DNA of 37,709 nucleotides from Spongospora subterranea f. sp. subterranea (Eukaryota). The notes beneath the pieces were generated by a model. The model saw only the letters and a list, made by a program, of their open reading frames with translations. It had not been told where the DNA came from and ran no database searches. The position numbers and the translations under genes were made by a program. How positions within the stretch are numbered: the stretch's first letter is position 1; each line of letters opens with the position of its first letter. The stretch covers positions 62,001 to 99,709 of the forward strand of contig JAUGWO010000116.1 in the NCBI GenBank assembly GCA_049724395.1, read 5' to 3'. Below, piece by piece: positions 36,301-37,709 of the stretch.

Positions 36301-37605
36301 TCACAATCACACGATTCTGCAGTTCAGCAACAAATCCGCCACGTCACCAAGCCCTTTCACGTTCATGACGGGTTATTGTACAAAGAACGGGCGCTTGTAG
36401 TACCTAGAGAAACGGCGCAACTCAAAGTACTCACACAGCTCCATGACTCCCCATTGGGAGGTCACTTTAGGTCAGCGAAAACGCTTTAAGCAGCGCAACG
36501 ACATTTTTGGTGGTCCGGAATGAATGATTTCGTTCGACGCTACGTCAAATCGTGTGATCGTTGCCAGCGAACCAAATTGCAGCGCAAGGCACCACCAGGA
36601 CTGTTAAAACCGTTACCCATTCCAACGGATTTATGGCGATCAATTTCATTAGACTTCATAGTCAGACTACCCAAATCCAACGGTTTCGACTCAATTCTCG
36701 TTGTGGTTGATCGTTTGTCGAAAATGGCGCATTTTATTGCTTGCTAAAGAATCAATCACATCGCCACAGTTGGCTGAATTGATGCTACGACAAGTGTTCC
36801 GGCTTCACGGACTCCCAGACGATATTATATCAGACCGTGGCGCCCGCAGATGACTCAGTTTTGGAAATGCCTTCTCCAACGGCTACAATATCAACGGAAA
36901 CTATTATGTCTTATATATCTGCAGACCAACGGACAGACAGAAAGGGTTAACCAAGTTGTACAGTATTTAAGGACGTTTATTTCCTACCAGCAGGATGACT
37001 GGGAAGATTGGTTGGCGTGGCTGAATTCCAATACAACAACACCGAACACTCATCGACCAAAGTTTCCCCATTTTTCGCAAAGTATGGGTTCCATCCCCGC
37101 ACCATCGACGTCCCATCATTCTGCCAATCACAAGCGAGACCTGTCTGCTGATGAAAGGCAAACCATGACCAAGATTTGTTTTTAATTTGTACGATGCAAA
37201 CTCAACAGGCCGTGATTTCGATGAAAAAATATGCCGATAACAAACGTTCAGGCTCCCGCATATTCACTGGGCGAGTTAGTCATGGTGAAGAGAATCGATT
37301 GGAATACAACTCGACCTTGTCCTAAGCTCGACGCAGATTCCCAGGACCCTTCCCGATCATCGCGAAGGTCAACGACGTAACATTTTCGTTGCAATTGCCT
37401 GCATCTTGGCGAGTGCATAACACGTTCCACGTCTCGCAGATTGAGCCATATCACAGGAACGACATTGCTGGGCGAGCTCAAGATTGTCCTCCTGAACCCA
37501 TTTTCATACCTGCGGAATCAACAGAACCGTTATTCATTGTTAAGGATATTCTGGATTCTAGGGTCTACCGCAATCAGCTGCAATACTTAGTGGACTAAGG
37601 TTATC
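33325..37605 (+). mobile_element. Degenerate chromoviral Ty3/gypsy retrotransposon (gag-PR-RT-RH-IN-chromodomain)
   Basis: Gag PEPFDGD..RGFINQ and knuckle CIYCGEPGH; PR FINSGAT; RT LRLCVDYR, MPFGL, YLDD; RH ETDASD, HDKELLA; IN HDSPLGGH..CDRC, SLDFI, TNGQTERVNQ; chromodomain VKDILDSRVYRNQLQYLVD. Stops at 35973, 36489 and 36747, plus frameshifts. No LTR pair seen. Confidence 0.96.
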
Positions 37606-37693
37606 AGACGAAGGTACGGGAACCGGGGCTAGGAGAAGAGAGGAGAAGAAGGAGCTAGAGGGGAAAGAAAGACGAAGGTACGGGAACCGGGGC
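37606..37693. repeat. 24-bp direct repeat in a purine-rich tract
   Basis: AGACGAAGGTACGGGAACCGGGGC at 37606 and 37670; the tract runs off the right edge. Confidence 0.75.
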
Positions 37694-37709
37694 AAGAGAG
37701 AGAGGGAGA

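Noticed and set aside
33325..37605. RIP-type hypermutation of repeats
   Set aside because: Sequence is not AT-shifted, the stops are not obviously C-to-T derived, and the long inverted repeats elsewhere in the window remain essentially identical.

Overview
Eukaryotic genomic DNA: short GT-AG introns, LTR retrotransposons, no prokaryotic operon structure. A compact protist genome such as a phytomyxid is a guess only. Host genes: 5' part of a myosin heavy chain (-), octanoyltransferase LipB/LIPT2 (+, 3 exons), a probable membrane protein, a taxilin-family coiled-coil protein, a Ser/Asp-rich protein, a dsRNA-binding protein resembling the DGCR8/Pasha linker plus dsRBD2, and an F-box-like/ankyrin gene built from duplicated exon-intron modules. 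Mobile DNA, all defective: a rearranged PIF/Harbinger element, a Ty1/copia element, a MULE transposase relic, a chromoviral Ty3/gypsy element, and a probable non-autonomous Helitron carrying a 33-bp tandem array. The most striking structure is a cluster of seven inverted repeats between 9.6 and 17.7 kb. Several are demonstrably transposon-derived, including a perfect 266-bp inverted duplication of the Harbinger transposase 5' end (Mu-killer-like architecture) and a hairpin made of the copia RT YVDD region. Family assignments are from motifs recognised by eye; no searches were run.
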